Of a DNA stretch of 64,000 bases, positions 37,720-47,486 are shown in pieces. Numbering within the stretch: position 1 is the stretch's first letter; the number at the start of each line of letters is the position of its first letter. The position numbers and the translations under genes are program-made. This DNA is from a virus (taxonomy: Duplodnaviria > Caudoviricetes). Under the pieces are notes generated by a model that made no database searches, had not been told where the DNA came from, and saw nothing but the letters and a program-made list of their open reading frames with translations. The DNA is taken from IMG/VR virus record IMGVR_UViG_3300020577_009814, positions 1 through 64,000 of that record, one strand, 5' to 3'.

Positions 37720-38418
37720 TTATTGGCCTGTAAATGATTTATATACTTGCTTAGCATAAGCTATTCTTTTTTCCATCATTGGCTTACCAGCTCTTTCCAT
37801 AGTCTTTTCAAAGAAGTTAGTGGCATCTTCAATGTCGGTCATAACTTTAATTCTATCATATACAGTTTGGCCTCCACTTTTATAAGTCTTCATCTCTTGG
37901 ACCATATACTCTAATTGAGCAACTAAGCTGTTAGGATCTAGACCTCGACTATTGGCATATTTTACTAAAGATTGCCATCTCTCTGAATAGGTCCATTGCA
38001 TAATTCCTCTACCTGGACCGCCTCCACCTTGTTTTAAAGTAGGATCTATGCTAGGTGTAGATTCTTGCATTAGGTTACCCATAATGCCTGCAGCACTTTG
38101 CGGAGTAAAGCCTAAAGCTTTAAAATAATTCCAAGTCTTTGTCTGATTATTAGAAAGCTTATCAAAGCCCTGTACAGCAGCACCTAACCCAAATGGATCT
38201 AAGGGCTTCAGGATATCTGATGCTGTGTTCAAAGCAGCACTTATATTGGAATCAGGAGGTAGACCAATTGGGATACCAATATCAAGTACAAACTTATTTG
38301 CCGCGCTCTCTTGTTGAAAAAATCTATCATCAAATGTATCTATTCCTGGAAGTGGGTTAAAACTAAATAAACCACTTCCATTAAGGTCAATCTCATTGGG
38401 ATCAAATTCAAAAGCCAT
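37720..38418 (-). CDS. phage tail lysozyme-family protein
   Basis: AAGIMGNLMQES, GRGIMQWT, AQLEY...E, F...MER, R..YA motifs. Confidence 0.9.
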   Translation of the reverse strand: MAFEFDPNEIDLNGSGLFSFNPLPGIDTFDDRFFQQESAANKFVLDIGIPIGLPPDSNISAALNTASDILKPLDPFGLGAAVQGFDKLSNNQTKTWNYFKALGFTPQSAAGIMGNLMQESTPSIDPTLKQGGGGPGRGIMQWTYSERWQSLVKYANSRGLDPNSLVAQLEYMVQEMKTYKSGGQTVYDRIKVMTDIEDATNFFEKTMERAGKPMMEKRIAYAKQVYKSFTGQ

Positions 38419-41400
38419 TAATGAACATCTCCATTGTCTTCTTTTTGAATATAGTTTTGATATTTTTCAATCCACTGTTGATCAACATCATTAATCCCAT
38501 ATTTAGGTACGTCTACTCCTTGGAACGTAGCCAACCAGCTAATACAATTACTATTAACTGAAGGGTCTAAAGCTTGAGTAATTAAATTATCATAGAATCC
38601 AGGCTGATCTCCAATCACCGCCCCTTGATGGCCTTTTATTCCAGCAGTGTAAGGCAATCTTCCAGCTCTTAGTGGAATAATTTTAACACTCTGTCTTGCA
38701 GCCAGTCTAGCATTAAATCCTTGAAGTAAAGAATTACCAATTGTAAACCAAGCAACATCAATAGCTAAGCTCACAATTGCTTGGGGCCCAGCATATTTTG
38801 CTAATCTAAAAGCTAAGATTCCTTCTTTTCCAAAAGCTAAGGCATCTTTTGCTAGGGCCTGAGCGGGAGCTTTATATTTTTTAAGCACATCTGTAATGCT
38901 TGCACCTTCTTTAAGGGCTGCTCTTGCTGCCTTGACTTCATCTCTAGCACGTTCAGCTGCACTAATAGCAGATTTCACAACATCAGTTGGTTTCTTACTA
39001 ATGTCTTCAATGTTATCTATATTTTGAGCCATGGCTCTTCTAAGTCTTGCCCTAGCCCTCATCTTTTCAATTGGATTACTTATTTTTCCAGTAGATGCAT
39101 CAATAACATCTTTAAAAGCAGCATCTTCTTTAAAGATTATTCTTAAATCTTCACCTAACAAAGACTCATCAGTTAAAAATACACTAAGTTTATCTTCAAG
39201 TTCTCTAAGCCTCTTACTTTCAGTACTATTAAGTCCTTTAGTAGTGGTTTTTAGCTTAATGATCTCTGCCAATTCTCTTTCAAAGTCTTCAACAGTATCA
39301 TAGTTCCCAAATGCAGCTGCAATTTGATTAGTATTAGTTTTATCAAATTGATTTAAAGCTTCTACAATCTCTTGACGTTCAAAAGCTGCCTCAGCCTCTG
39401 CTCCTAGTGCATTTAAAGGACTAGCTCTGCCCTTGGTTCTTGCAAGAATAAACTCTTCTTTCTTTCTAACAAGTTCTGCATCTAAGTCCAAAGCTCTTAG
39501 ATAGGTTAAATCTATAACAGATTCTTTAGGAATTTTTAAGTTATACTTATTGGCCAGTCTGGTAATATCTTCATAAGTAAACTTACCTGTTTTTGCTTCC
39601 CATCTAGCTAGCTCCTCAACTTGACTTTTTTCAAGAGCTTTTAGCTCCGCCTCTATTTTTATTTTTTCATCTGGAAATTGTGCTACATCATCCAAGATAT
39701 CTTGATAAGAAACATCTACAAATTTTCCATCAACTAAAACTGATTTAGTCTTGTCTTTAAATTTTGCAAGTATATCCTTTTGTTGAGCTACTACTTCTTC
39801 TCTTAGTTTGAGATATAAAGCATCTATTTTATTTCTAAGGTCACCTTGCTGTTTAGCCTTAGCAATAAATTGTTTGGCTCTTGAGGCTCCTTCAACCAAA
39901 GCTCTATCTCCTCTAAATGCTCCTGATTTCAATAAGGCCATTAAAGAAGCTTTGACAGCTTTATTAATATAGAATGCTGTGACTCTGTCTGAGAAGCAAT
40001 ACAAAGAAGTGTACCATTTCTGCCCAATATAAGAATGTGAAGGAAATACAATAGCATCTGGTGAAACCATTGTTACAAATCCGAAATCTGCATCCATTTT
40101 ATGGATAACTTCTTTAACTGTACAAGGTCCTCTTAAGTCATTAATATGATCATTAAGATTCATCATATCTCTAGGTTTAATTGTTGATTCTCCAACAATT
40201 GTAAACCAGCCTTGATACATCTCTTTTACTTGGTCACAGAGGGCCATTACAACTCCATTATGAACTGCTGGAGTTGTTGGGGTAGCACTAATGTATTCTG
40301 TTAAAGATCCTAGAACAGGTAAGAAAGAACCTGCCTTAGCTATAGATTGGGCTAAACCACCCCAACCAGCTTGGGTACCAGTCACAGCTATTCCAGTCTC
40401 AACCAACATTGTCTTTCTATCAGAGGCAGCAATATCACTATCAACTGCCATAGTGATTGTTCTTAAAGCAGAGTCTTTAGTTCCAAATCCATTGTAGGAA
40501 TACTGCCCAACAGCATCAGTATAAACATTAGTACTATCAGCCCTAATATCATTAGCCAATAGATTTAACATTGAATGAGCAACATATACTTGAGTATAGT
40601 TTCTCCATTTAAGATGTTGAGTTAAAGTTGTTACATCATTTAAGATATTAGTAGATGGAGTAGAAAGATATGCAGCATTGACCACCTCAGAGCTTGTTAC
40701 ATTTCTAAGAATGGTACCATCATTTAAAGTAACTACAAACTCAATTTTTAGATTGTCTTTAGCTGTAGAAGTAGTTGGCTCAAAGTTAGAAATTGGACCA
40801 TACCCAAGATCTGCTGGATTTGCTGCAATGTCTGCTTTAGTAGTTCTATCAATCTCTTCAAATTTAATAGTCTTAAAGGTTGCTGCAACAATGGTTTTTC
40901 CTGGATTATCAGCCAGAATTTTTCTAAGGATAAGTAATTCTTGATCTCCACCTTCTCCGGTAAGAAATTGATGTAAATCTTTTTGAATTAGTTTTGCTTT
41001 AGGTGTATTGTTTTTCTCAGTAGGACTGATTGGATTAGTATTTCTTTGATTACTAATCTTTTCTGGGTCTGTCCCAATATTTGGAATTCCCTGGAAATAG
41101 TTAGAAACTCCAACATCCAAGATTGAAGATTTATAAGTATAATGAAAAGGATACCAAGGCTTGCCAAAGAACAAGGTAGATCTATTACAGAATGGTTCTG
41201 CTGATGCTACAAAATCTAAAGTAGCCCTTCTACATACTTCAATAACTTTCCAAGGAGTAGGTTCATTAACTTCGACTGAGAAGAGGTTCTTTTCTGTATT
41301 CCAAGCAGTTAAACCCATTATAAAGTTAAAGAAGTCAAAGCTAGGAATACCTTGTTCAATCTTAGTTGGGGAAGAAGAGTAAATATTTATCTGCAGTTCA

Positions 41401-44400
41401 GCAGCAGAGTGCAGGAATCCTACAAATTTAATATCTCCAAAATGAGCAATACCATGGCTAAAATCTCTAAATAAACCTTGGCTTACGTTAGCCATAATTC
41501 CAGGGGCAATAAGAGATTCAGTAACAATAACTGAAGGATCCCTACCTGCTCCAAAGGCAGCTCCAGTTGCATAGGCAAATGAGTTTCCAGATTTAACTAG
41601 CTTTTGAGTAGATGGTTTTTCTAACTCAGCACCATCTCCAACAGCTGTAACTTTAATGAAGCCTTCTCCAACTGGGACATCTACAACTTGTCCATTAAAA
41701 ACAACTGGTAGTTTGGCCACATTAGAGCCATAGCCCATTCTTACTTGAATTCTAGCTCCAGCAGAAAGAACAACTTGCTTAAGGTGATTATTTTGCCATA
41801 ATCTAATCACCTGATCCGGAACTTTCTTGATAACAAGATCATTCCATAGTTCTCCAACAGCTCTGAAAGGAAAAGTAGCAAAAGCTAGAACTGGATTGTC
41901 TCCAGGCTTTCCAAATTCTTTCTTAAAGATTCTCTTACTAGTTTCAACAGCCATCTGATGTTCAAAAGCTTCCATCTGGGCGTAGGCTGTTAAATTATGG
42001 AACATATTTGAGAATATAATATCACAAGTTCCGCCGGGAAAATGTTTAGATTTAAAGATTTCAATTGAGCCGACTCCAGTTCTAGTATAGAAGTTGTCCC
42101 AAAGTTTGGTGCTACCTTGAGCCCAATAAAATCCTTCATTAGTAATAATTACTTTGTAGGCTGGGTATGCTCCTAGTAATTTTCCAAAAGGAGCATGTTC
42201 TCGCATTGCAACTAAGGAGCCATAAATAGCAGCCTCACTTTCAGGCTCAATTGCCATTTTAAGTTTTTGGGCTTGCTGCATTTGAAGCTCTAGAGAGCTC
42301 TTATTCATATCAAAAGGCTCTCCTCCTCCGGGAGCTGGATTAGTATCACCATACTTCACTAGCTCTGGTAATTTAGGCTCCAGAGTTACTCTAGCTGCAT
42401 GGATTAGTTTTGATCTTCCGGATGGAGTAAAGTTGGTATTAAGATATTTACCATCATCTCCAATCATAATTAAACCAGAGAGTGGGTAGAAGAATGGGTC
42501 AAAGTCTGAGTTCTTATTATTATTCCAATAAGAACCGTAAACTCTGCACATATGAATATACCCAGCAAAATACTCATCAATGAATATTCCACCTTCTGGT
42601 AATCCAGCAATAGCAGTTTGAATTGCAGCCCAAGATTCTTTAGTAAAGGCTCCACCAGTTCGCTGAGCTGCTTGAGCAGCAGTTTCCAAAATAGTAGCAG
42701 CTTCTGGTTTTAATTTCTGGTTAGTTATATCCCACCGGCTTAGCCGACCTTTAATCGTTAATTGAAGATGGGCTGCTATTAAAGCTAGCGAAGGAATTTT
42801 ATAATCTTTTAAGAATTTTGCATAAACTCTTGTAAAAGTATCAATAGCTTGAGCTCCTTTACCTACAGTATTTTCATCAAAATCTCCACCACCTTGTTCT
42901 TGAGATGCTTTGGGATCAAAATACTGGAAGCCATCTCTTAAGAAAAAGATAGTTCTAATAATATGTGGATCTACATAAGTTGTAGAATCAGTATATTTGA
43001 GTGCAATTTTATCAACTAAATCCCAATTCTTTTCAATGTTATCGGCTGGACCACTTCCTTGAACAAAAGTTTTAATTGCTTTGGTACTTACATCTTTAAA
43101 CCAAGTATAATTAGCATTAATTCTAGCAGTCTTAGCTATAAAAGAATTTAATCCAGTGTGCTGACTCAGAGTCGTTTCACTATCAGAGTTAGCTTTAGCA
43201 ACTCCATTAGTGATTGCCTTTCTACCTTCATTTTCTACATCAACAAGAGTCCAATTATTTTCTGGGCCTGGTGCAAATAAAATCTTAGGGTCATCTAAAA
43301 GATAGCCATATTCACTACCTTGATTAACATTAGAGGTATCTAAGGAAACTGATTGGGGTCCTCTAGGTAACCAATTGGAGCTTTTTCTTGTAGTTTGTTG
43401 TCTCCAAGCAATTGAAAAATATGATGCTAAGTCATTAGACATATTAGAAATGTCTTCAGCAGTAGGAGTATTATTTCCATGCCCAAAATAATCTCCAAAT
43501 CTTTGAGCCATGTCAGGATCTTTTTCATAGGAATATCCTGCATCCTCATCTACAATTGGGCCTTGAAGAAGTAAATCTTCTAAGGCTTGCCCAACAATAA
43601 GCTCATCTCCAACCAACTCTACAGAAGTAAGATTAAGTTCTTTAACCCACCATCTATCTCCAGACTCATTGATAAGAGCTTGAGTACCATCCTCATAACC
43701 TTTCTTTAATTTAGTTGCTCTTTCTTTAGGGCCTTGATTATTAAATAATGTCTCTAAAGTAGATTGGGTATGCTTGGCACCTCTGTTCCAATAATCTGGA
43801 CCCATTCCAGTATACAGTCCATGCTTAGGATCAAATTCTCGGTAGCCTGGAACCATCTTCTGATGCTCAGCATCATTAGGAATAGCCTCAAAGTCATCTG
43901 CAACTTTACCAAACATAAAGTTACCTACAGTATCAAAGTTATCTTTCCAGCTTGCATGTTTAATATAGTAACAGTAAAAATCAGGATCTGTAAAAGCACT
44001 AGATTCTGCAATCTTGGTTGTCTCTTTAGCATTAATCCAAGGCCAATTGTTTTTAATATCTTTATAATAAGCAGGTATATACTCTAGAACATATTTTACA
44101 ATCTGTTGATCATATGCTGTAAAGTTTGAGGCTACTGAGCCTGCAACTGTCCCAACTGCTGGGATAATATTCAATCCAGCACTATTTTTAGGATTATACA
44201 ATTCAGCAGCTTTTTTAATTGCTGAGATCCATAAATCTAGTTCACCTTTAGTAGGTAAACTCATGTCAAGATATACTTCTTCTTTTGCTAAAGAAGCTTG
44301 TAAGCTAAACCATTCTCGAGCTTTTTCAACTATAGGATCAAAGTCTCCATAGTTTCCATCTCGGTATTGGTTACCATAATTATAAAGTTGGCCCAAAGCT

Positions 44401-46742
44401 GCTACTGAAGTAGATAGGTACTTCATCTCTTCGGCATACTTTTGTTTAGGATCAAACTCAATAAAAGTAAGTGTAAAATTCCACACATCTGGCTGTTGAT
44501 CAACTGAATCAAAAGACAGAGTTAAAGGCATTACAAAGTCTACTCCTAAGAGTTGAAAGATTTCATTCTTAACTCTTAAGAATGCACCATTCATCATATG
44601 CTGCTTTTGACTCTCTTTTCCAGAAGTCACATATCTTCTTGAAGTCTTATTTAATGCTCGAGCATCAAATTCTTCTTTAAGATCTTCCAGCATCTTTCTA
44701 GCTTCTCGACCAAAAGCTTTGCCTTGGATAATAAAAGTAGCATCCATTCCACCCATGTACTGGTGAATTGGAGTAGGGAAAGCCATAGTATTTAACAGAG
44801 CTAAAGAATGGCCTCTAGATCCAGCAATACTTTCAATTACAACATCTCTTTCTTTAGCTTTTTGAGTATTAAAAGCAGTGACATATTCTGCGTCTGGATT
44901 AAAGTTATCAGCCAGTAGTCTAGTAATATCTTGATAAAGTACTCCATCAGCTCCTTGAATCAAGTTTTCTGCTTGGGTAATGGCTTGATCTGTAACTTGT
45001 TTTAGTTTCTGAGTTCCAACTGAGCCTTGTTGAGTAACAATAAAGAAACCATAATAGATTTGAGGTTCATTTTGTCTAGCTTGAAGTTCAGGAAGAACAG
45101 TACTAATATAATAATTGTATTGGGGATCACTAGGAGGTGGAGGTGTAACTCTAAATTCTTCACCCAAGTATTTAACTCTAGTTTGTCTAGCTATAGCTTC
45201 TGCTAAGCTTCCTCCAGCATCAGAAATATCTTCTTTAGTAATATCTAAAATAGGTAAATCACTTAAGATTGGAATTTGAGTTGCAGGTCTACCCACTCCA
45301 AATGTCTTAGTTACATATTTAACATCAAGATAACCAGATTGAGATAAAAAGTTCCCTTGATCATCAATAAAATTATAACTAGCTAGTTTACTCCACTCTA
45401 CTAAGCCTTCAAAAGAAGACATATTAGCATCAAACTTAGCTGTTCCAGTAGCTTGTGTAGTAAGCCCAAACATAGCCTTAGCAATGCTAGCTTGATCTAG
45501 TTTCAAAATAAAGACTCTAGTACCTCTAGCTGCATTACCCGTAAGAATAATCTCTTTGGCATTTCTAGAAGTTAATTTAGTATTGTCTTGATTAAGTAAA
45601 CCAAATCTTAAAGTATTAAGAGCATTGAGATCTTCTAGAGCTGGGTTGGCATCTCTTCTAAGCGTTAATAACTCATCAATTAATTTACCAGTTCTATCAT
45701 CTGGAAAAGCAAATTCTAATACTCCATCAAATTTCTTGTCTTCAAATCTAGACCTTTGTCTGGTTTTTCCCCAGATCTTCATCAAAGGCCAGCAGATAAA
45801 ATCATCCATTTGACATCTGGCATTGCCAAGATCTTTTCTAGCTACTGAAGTGTAGCTAGCTTTATAATCAACTGATGCTTCATCAGCAGGTGGAACATAC
45901 CATTCCCAATTAAATGGATCAAAATTAATACTAACTTGAAGAGTATTAGGTAAACCTTCTACAGTAGCTACTGAGAAATTCCTAACAGCAATAGCTCTAT
46001 GGGGAATATCTCCATCATCCCAACCTGTACCAAATGGACCACCCTCAACTGTAAGAAAAGGTTGGAGTCCTATTTGTTCAAAAACATCTGCAACCGATTT
46101 TCTAATCTCTTCTGGGCCATTAGCCATGTAAGAAATTGAGTAGCTTTCATAGGCCTTTCCAGTTCCTTTTTTGATAGTACCACTATCTCTAAGCATTGGA
46201 ACTTGATCAATTTGTGAGTTTCTAGTATAGCTTAAATAATTAATTGGATTATCAAAAACTGCATAGCCAATTCTAGTCTTAGTCCGGTCTAAAACTTTAT
46301 CCCCATCTACAATGTATGGATCAAAAGGAACTCTTAAAGGCCTAAATCCAGGCTCAACTAATTCTGTAAGATTTTCTGTCTTAGGAGTTGACTCTTTAGA
46401 AGGCCCAAACAATCTTTGACTTACTTGCCATTTAGTTACCGTAATATAGGTAGGTGAGTTAGGCTGGATAACTGTATTTTTAGGATCAAAACTAAAATCA
46501 ATTCTAATCTGGCTATTAGCAATTTTATATAAATAATCTGTAGCATTTATAAAATCAGCAAATGCAGCTCTACTGCCAAATACAGTTTGAAGTCTAGGAT
46601 CACTTTTACTGGTTCGTACTTGAGCTAAATAGATCTTTTTTTCTATCTCAACTGTGAAGGTTAAGGTTATAGCTACCGCATCTGAGTAAACATGTTTTAC
46701 TTCAGTGATTAGTCCAGTTAGAGTATTATTGATATCAGGCAT
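38418..46742 (-). CDS. giant baseplate hub-like virion protein (2774 aa)
   Basis: Synteny (after tape-measure-like genes, before lysins/gp25); GARIQVRMGYGSN...PVVFNGQV and G...IKPRD...VKEVIH..D...GFVT...PD hub-like motifs. Confidence 0.65.
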   Translation of the reverse strand: MPDINNTLTGLITEVKHVYSDAVAITLTFTVEIEKKIYLAQVRTSKSDPRLQTVFGSRAAFADFINATDYLYKIANSQIRIDFSFDPKNTVIQPNSPTYITVTKWQVSQRLFGPSKESTPKTENLTELVEPGFRPLRVPFDPYIVDGDKVLDRTKTRIGYAVFDNPINYLSYTRNSQIDQVPMLRDSGTIKKGTGKAYESYSISYMANGPEEIRKSVADVFEQIGLQPFLTVEGGPFGTGWDDGDIPHRAIAVRNFSVATVEGLPNTLQVSINFDPFNWEWYVPPADEASVDYKASYTSVARKDLGNARCQMDDFICWPLMKIWGKTRQRSRFEDKKFDGVLEFAFPDDRTGKLIDELLTLRRDANPALEDLNALNTLRFGLLNQDNTKLTSRNAKEIILTGNAARGTRVFILKLDQASIAKAMFGLTTQATGTAKFDANMSSFEGLVEWSKLASYNFIDDQGNFLSQSGYLDVKYVTKTFGVGRPATQIPILSDLPILDITKEDISDAGGSLAEAIARQTRVKYLGEEFRVTPPPPSDPQYNYYISTVLPELQARQNEPQIYYGFFIVTQQGSVGTQKLKQVTDQAITQAENLIQGADGVLYQDITRLLADNFNPDAEYVTAFNTQKAKERDVVIESIAGSRGHSLALLNTMAFPTPIHQYMGGMDATFIIQGKAFGREARKMLEDLKEEFDARALNKTSRRYVTSGKESQKQHMMNGAFLRVKNEIFQLLGVDFVMPLTLSFDSVDQQPDVWNFTLTFIEFDPKQKYAEEMKYLSTSVAALGQLYNYGNQYRDGNYGDFDPIVEKAREWFSLQASLAKEEVYLDMSLPTKGELDLWISAIKKAAELYNPKNSAGLNIIPAVGTVAGSVASNFTAYDQQIVKYVLEYIPAYYKDIKNNWPWINAKETTKIAESSAFTDPDFYCYYIKHASWKDNFDTVGNFMFGKVADDFEAIPNDAEHQKMVPGYREFDPKHGLYTGMGPDYWNRGAKHTQSTLETLFNNQGPKERATKLKKGYEDGTQALINESGDRWWVKELNLTSVELVGDELIVGQALEDLLLQGPIVDEDAGYSYEKDPDMAQRFGDYFGHGNNTPTAEDISNMSNDLASYFSIAWRQQTTRKSSNWLPRGPQSVSLDTSNVNQGSEYGYLLDDPKILFAPGPENNWTLVDVENEGRKAITNGVAKANSDSETTLSQHTGLNSFIAKTARINANYTWFKDVSTKAIKTFVQGSGPADNIEKNWDLVDKIALKYTDSTTYVDPHIIRTIFFLRDGFQYFDPKASQEQGGGDFDENTVGKGAQAIDTFTRVYAKFLKDYKIPSLALIAAHLQLTIKGRLSRWDITNQKLKPEAATILETAAQAAQRTGGAFTKESWAAIQTAIAGLPEGGIFIDEYFAGYIHMCRVYGSYWNNNKNSDFDPFFYPLSGLIMIGDDGKYLNTNFTPSGRSKLIHAARVTLEPKLPELVKYGDTNPAPGGGEPFDMNKSSLELQMQQAQKLKMAIEPESEAAIYGSLVAMREHAPFGKLLGAYPAYKVIITNEGFYWAQGSTKLWDNFYTRTGVGSIEIFKSKHFPGGTCDIIFSNMFHNLTAYAQMEAFEHQMAVETSKRIFKKEFGKPGDNPVLAFATFPFRAVGELWNDLVIKKVPDQVIRLWQNNHLKQVVLSAGARIQVRMGYGSNVAKLPVVFNGQVVDVPVGEGFIKVTAVGDGAELEKPSTQKLVKSGNSFAYATGAAFGAGRDPSVIVTESLIAPGIMANVSQGLFRDFSHGIAHFGDIKFVGFLHSAAELQINIYSSSPTKIEQGIPSFDFFNFIMGLTAWNTEKNLFSVEVNEPTPWKVIEVCRRATLDFVASAEPFCNRSTLFFGKPWYPFHYTYKSSILDVGVSNYFQGIPNIGTDPEKISNQRNTNPISPTEKNNTPKAKLIQKDLHQFLTGEGGDQELLILRKILADNPGKTIVAATFKTIKFEEIDRTTKADIAANPADLGYGPISNFEPTTSTAKDNLKIEFVVTLNDGTILRNVTSSEVVNAAYLSTPSTNILNDVTTLTQHLKWRNYTQVYVAHSMLNLLANDIRADSTNVYTDAVGQYSYNGFGTKDSALRTITMAVDSDIAASDRKTMLVETGIAVTGTQAGWGGLAQSIAKAGSFLPVLGSLTEYISATPTTPAVHNGVVMALCDQVKEMYQGWFTIVGESTIKPRDMMNLNDHINDLRGPCTVKEVIHKMDADFGFVTMVSPDAIVFPSHSYIGQKWYTSLYCFSDRVTAFYINKAVKASLMALLKSGAFRGDRALVEGASRAKQFIAKAKQQGDLRNKIDALYLKLREEVVAQQKDILAKFKDKTKSVLVDGKFVDVSYQDILDDVAQFPDEKIKIEAELKALEKSQVEELARWEAKTGKFTYEDITRLANKYNLKIPKESVIDLTYLRALDLDAELVRKKEEFILARTKGRASPLNALGAEAEAAFERQEIVEALNQFDKTNTNQIAAAFGNYDTVEDFERELAEIIKLKTTTKGLNSTESKRLRELEDKLSVFLTDESLLGEDLRIIFKEDAAFKDVIDASTGKISNPIEKMRARARLRRAMAQNIDNIEDISKKPTDVVKSAISAAERARDEVKAARAALKEGASITDVLKKYKAPAQALAKDALAFGKEGILAFRLAKYAGPQAIVSLAIDVAWFTIGNSLLQGFNARLAARQSVKIIPLRAGRLPYTAGIKGHQGAVIGDQPGFYDNLITQALDPSVNSNCISWLATFQGVDVPKYGINDVDQQWIEKYQNYIQKEDNGDVH

Positions 46743-47486
46743 TTAGAGTAGGCCGTTTAAGGATGGATTAAAGTGACTGCGTACTTGGCCAGTTGCTTTA
46801 AAAGTTGTTGGAGGTCTTTGAGGCATAGCTACATCTCCCTGTTGTTGGGGAGTTGGTCTGCCAGCAGGATTAGTAGCTTGGATTGTAGCCATAACATCTT
46901 GACCTCTTCTACCTCTTCCACTTTGTCTTGCTAACTTCCTTTGAGCAAATGTATGAGCTAAAGGAATAGTTAAAGCCGCAGCAGCAAAAGCAAAATTATG
47001 TTGTGATAAAATAGAGGCCAACCTAGGATTACCTTCAACCAAACTATTAAATCCTTTTACAGTTTCTTCGCCCCACTTGAAGCTAGTCAAGAAAGAAGCA
47101 AAAGATTGCATTGCTTTAGCTCCTCCATTGTCAACTGCCACTTTAGCAGCTAAGCCAGCAGCCCCAGCAATACTATTAGTTAAGATAGCTGAACTTGTTG
47201 TTTGCCCTCTTCTAGTATCAGCTGCCACGCCCATTGCAATTGAAGCTCCAAAATATGTCTTAGTTCCATTACCTCTAATAGAACCTGCCATCCCAGCTAA
47301 TCCTGCACCTACTTGCGCTAATAGATATTCATCTCCATGGGAACCTTTTCTTCTTCTAGAAACTCTACCTCTATGCTGGCCAGAATGTTTCAATTTAGTT
47401 CCTGCAATCATTAGTGCAACAGCGGCAATTCCAGCACTAGTTACAGCTTTATTTCTAGATAGTATACTTCCAATAATATTATCCAT
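46743..47486 (-). CDS. Ala/Gly-rich membrane-associated protein
   Basis: Several hydrophobic Ala/Gly stretches separated by basic clusters. Confidence 0.6.
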   Translation of the reverse strand: MDNIIGSILSRNKAVTSAGIAAVALMIAGTKLKHSGQHRGRVSRRRKGSHGDEYLLAQVGAGLAGMAGSIRGNGTKTYFGASIAMGVAADTRRGQTTSSAILTNSIAGAAGLAAKVAVDNGGAKAMQSFASFLTSFKWGEETVKGFNSLVEGNPRLASILSQHNFAFAAAALTIPLAHTFAQRKLARQSGRGRRGQDVMATIQATNPAGRPTPQQQGDVAMPQRPPTTFKATGQVRSHFNPSLNGLL

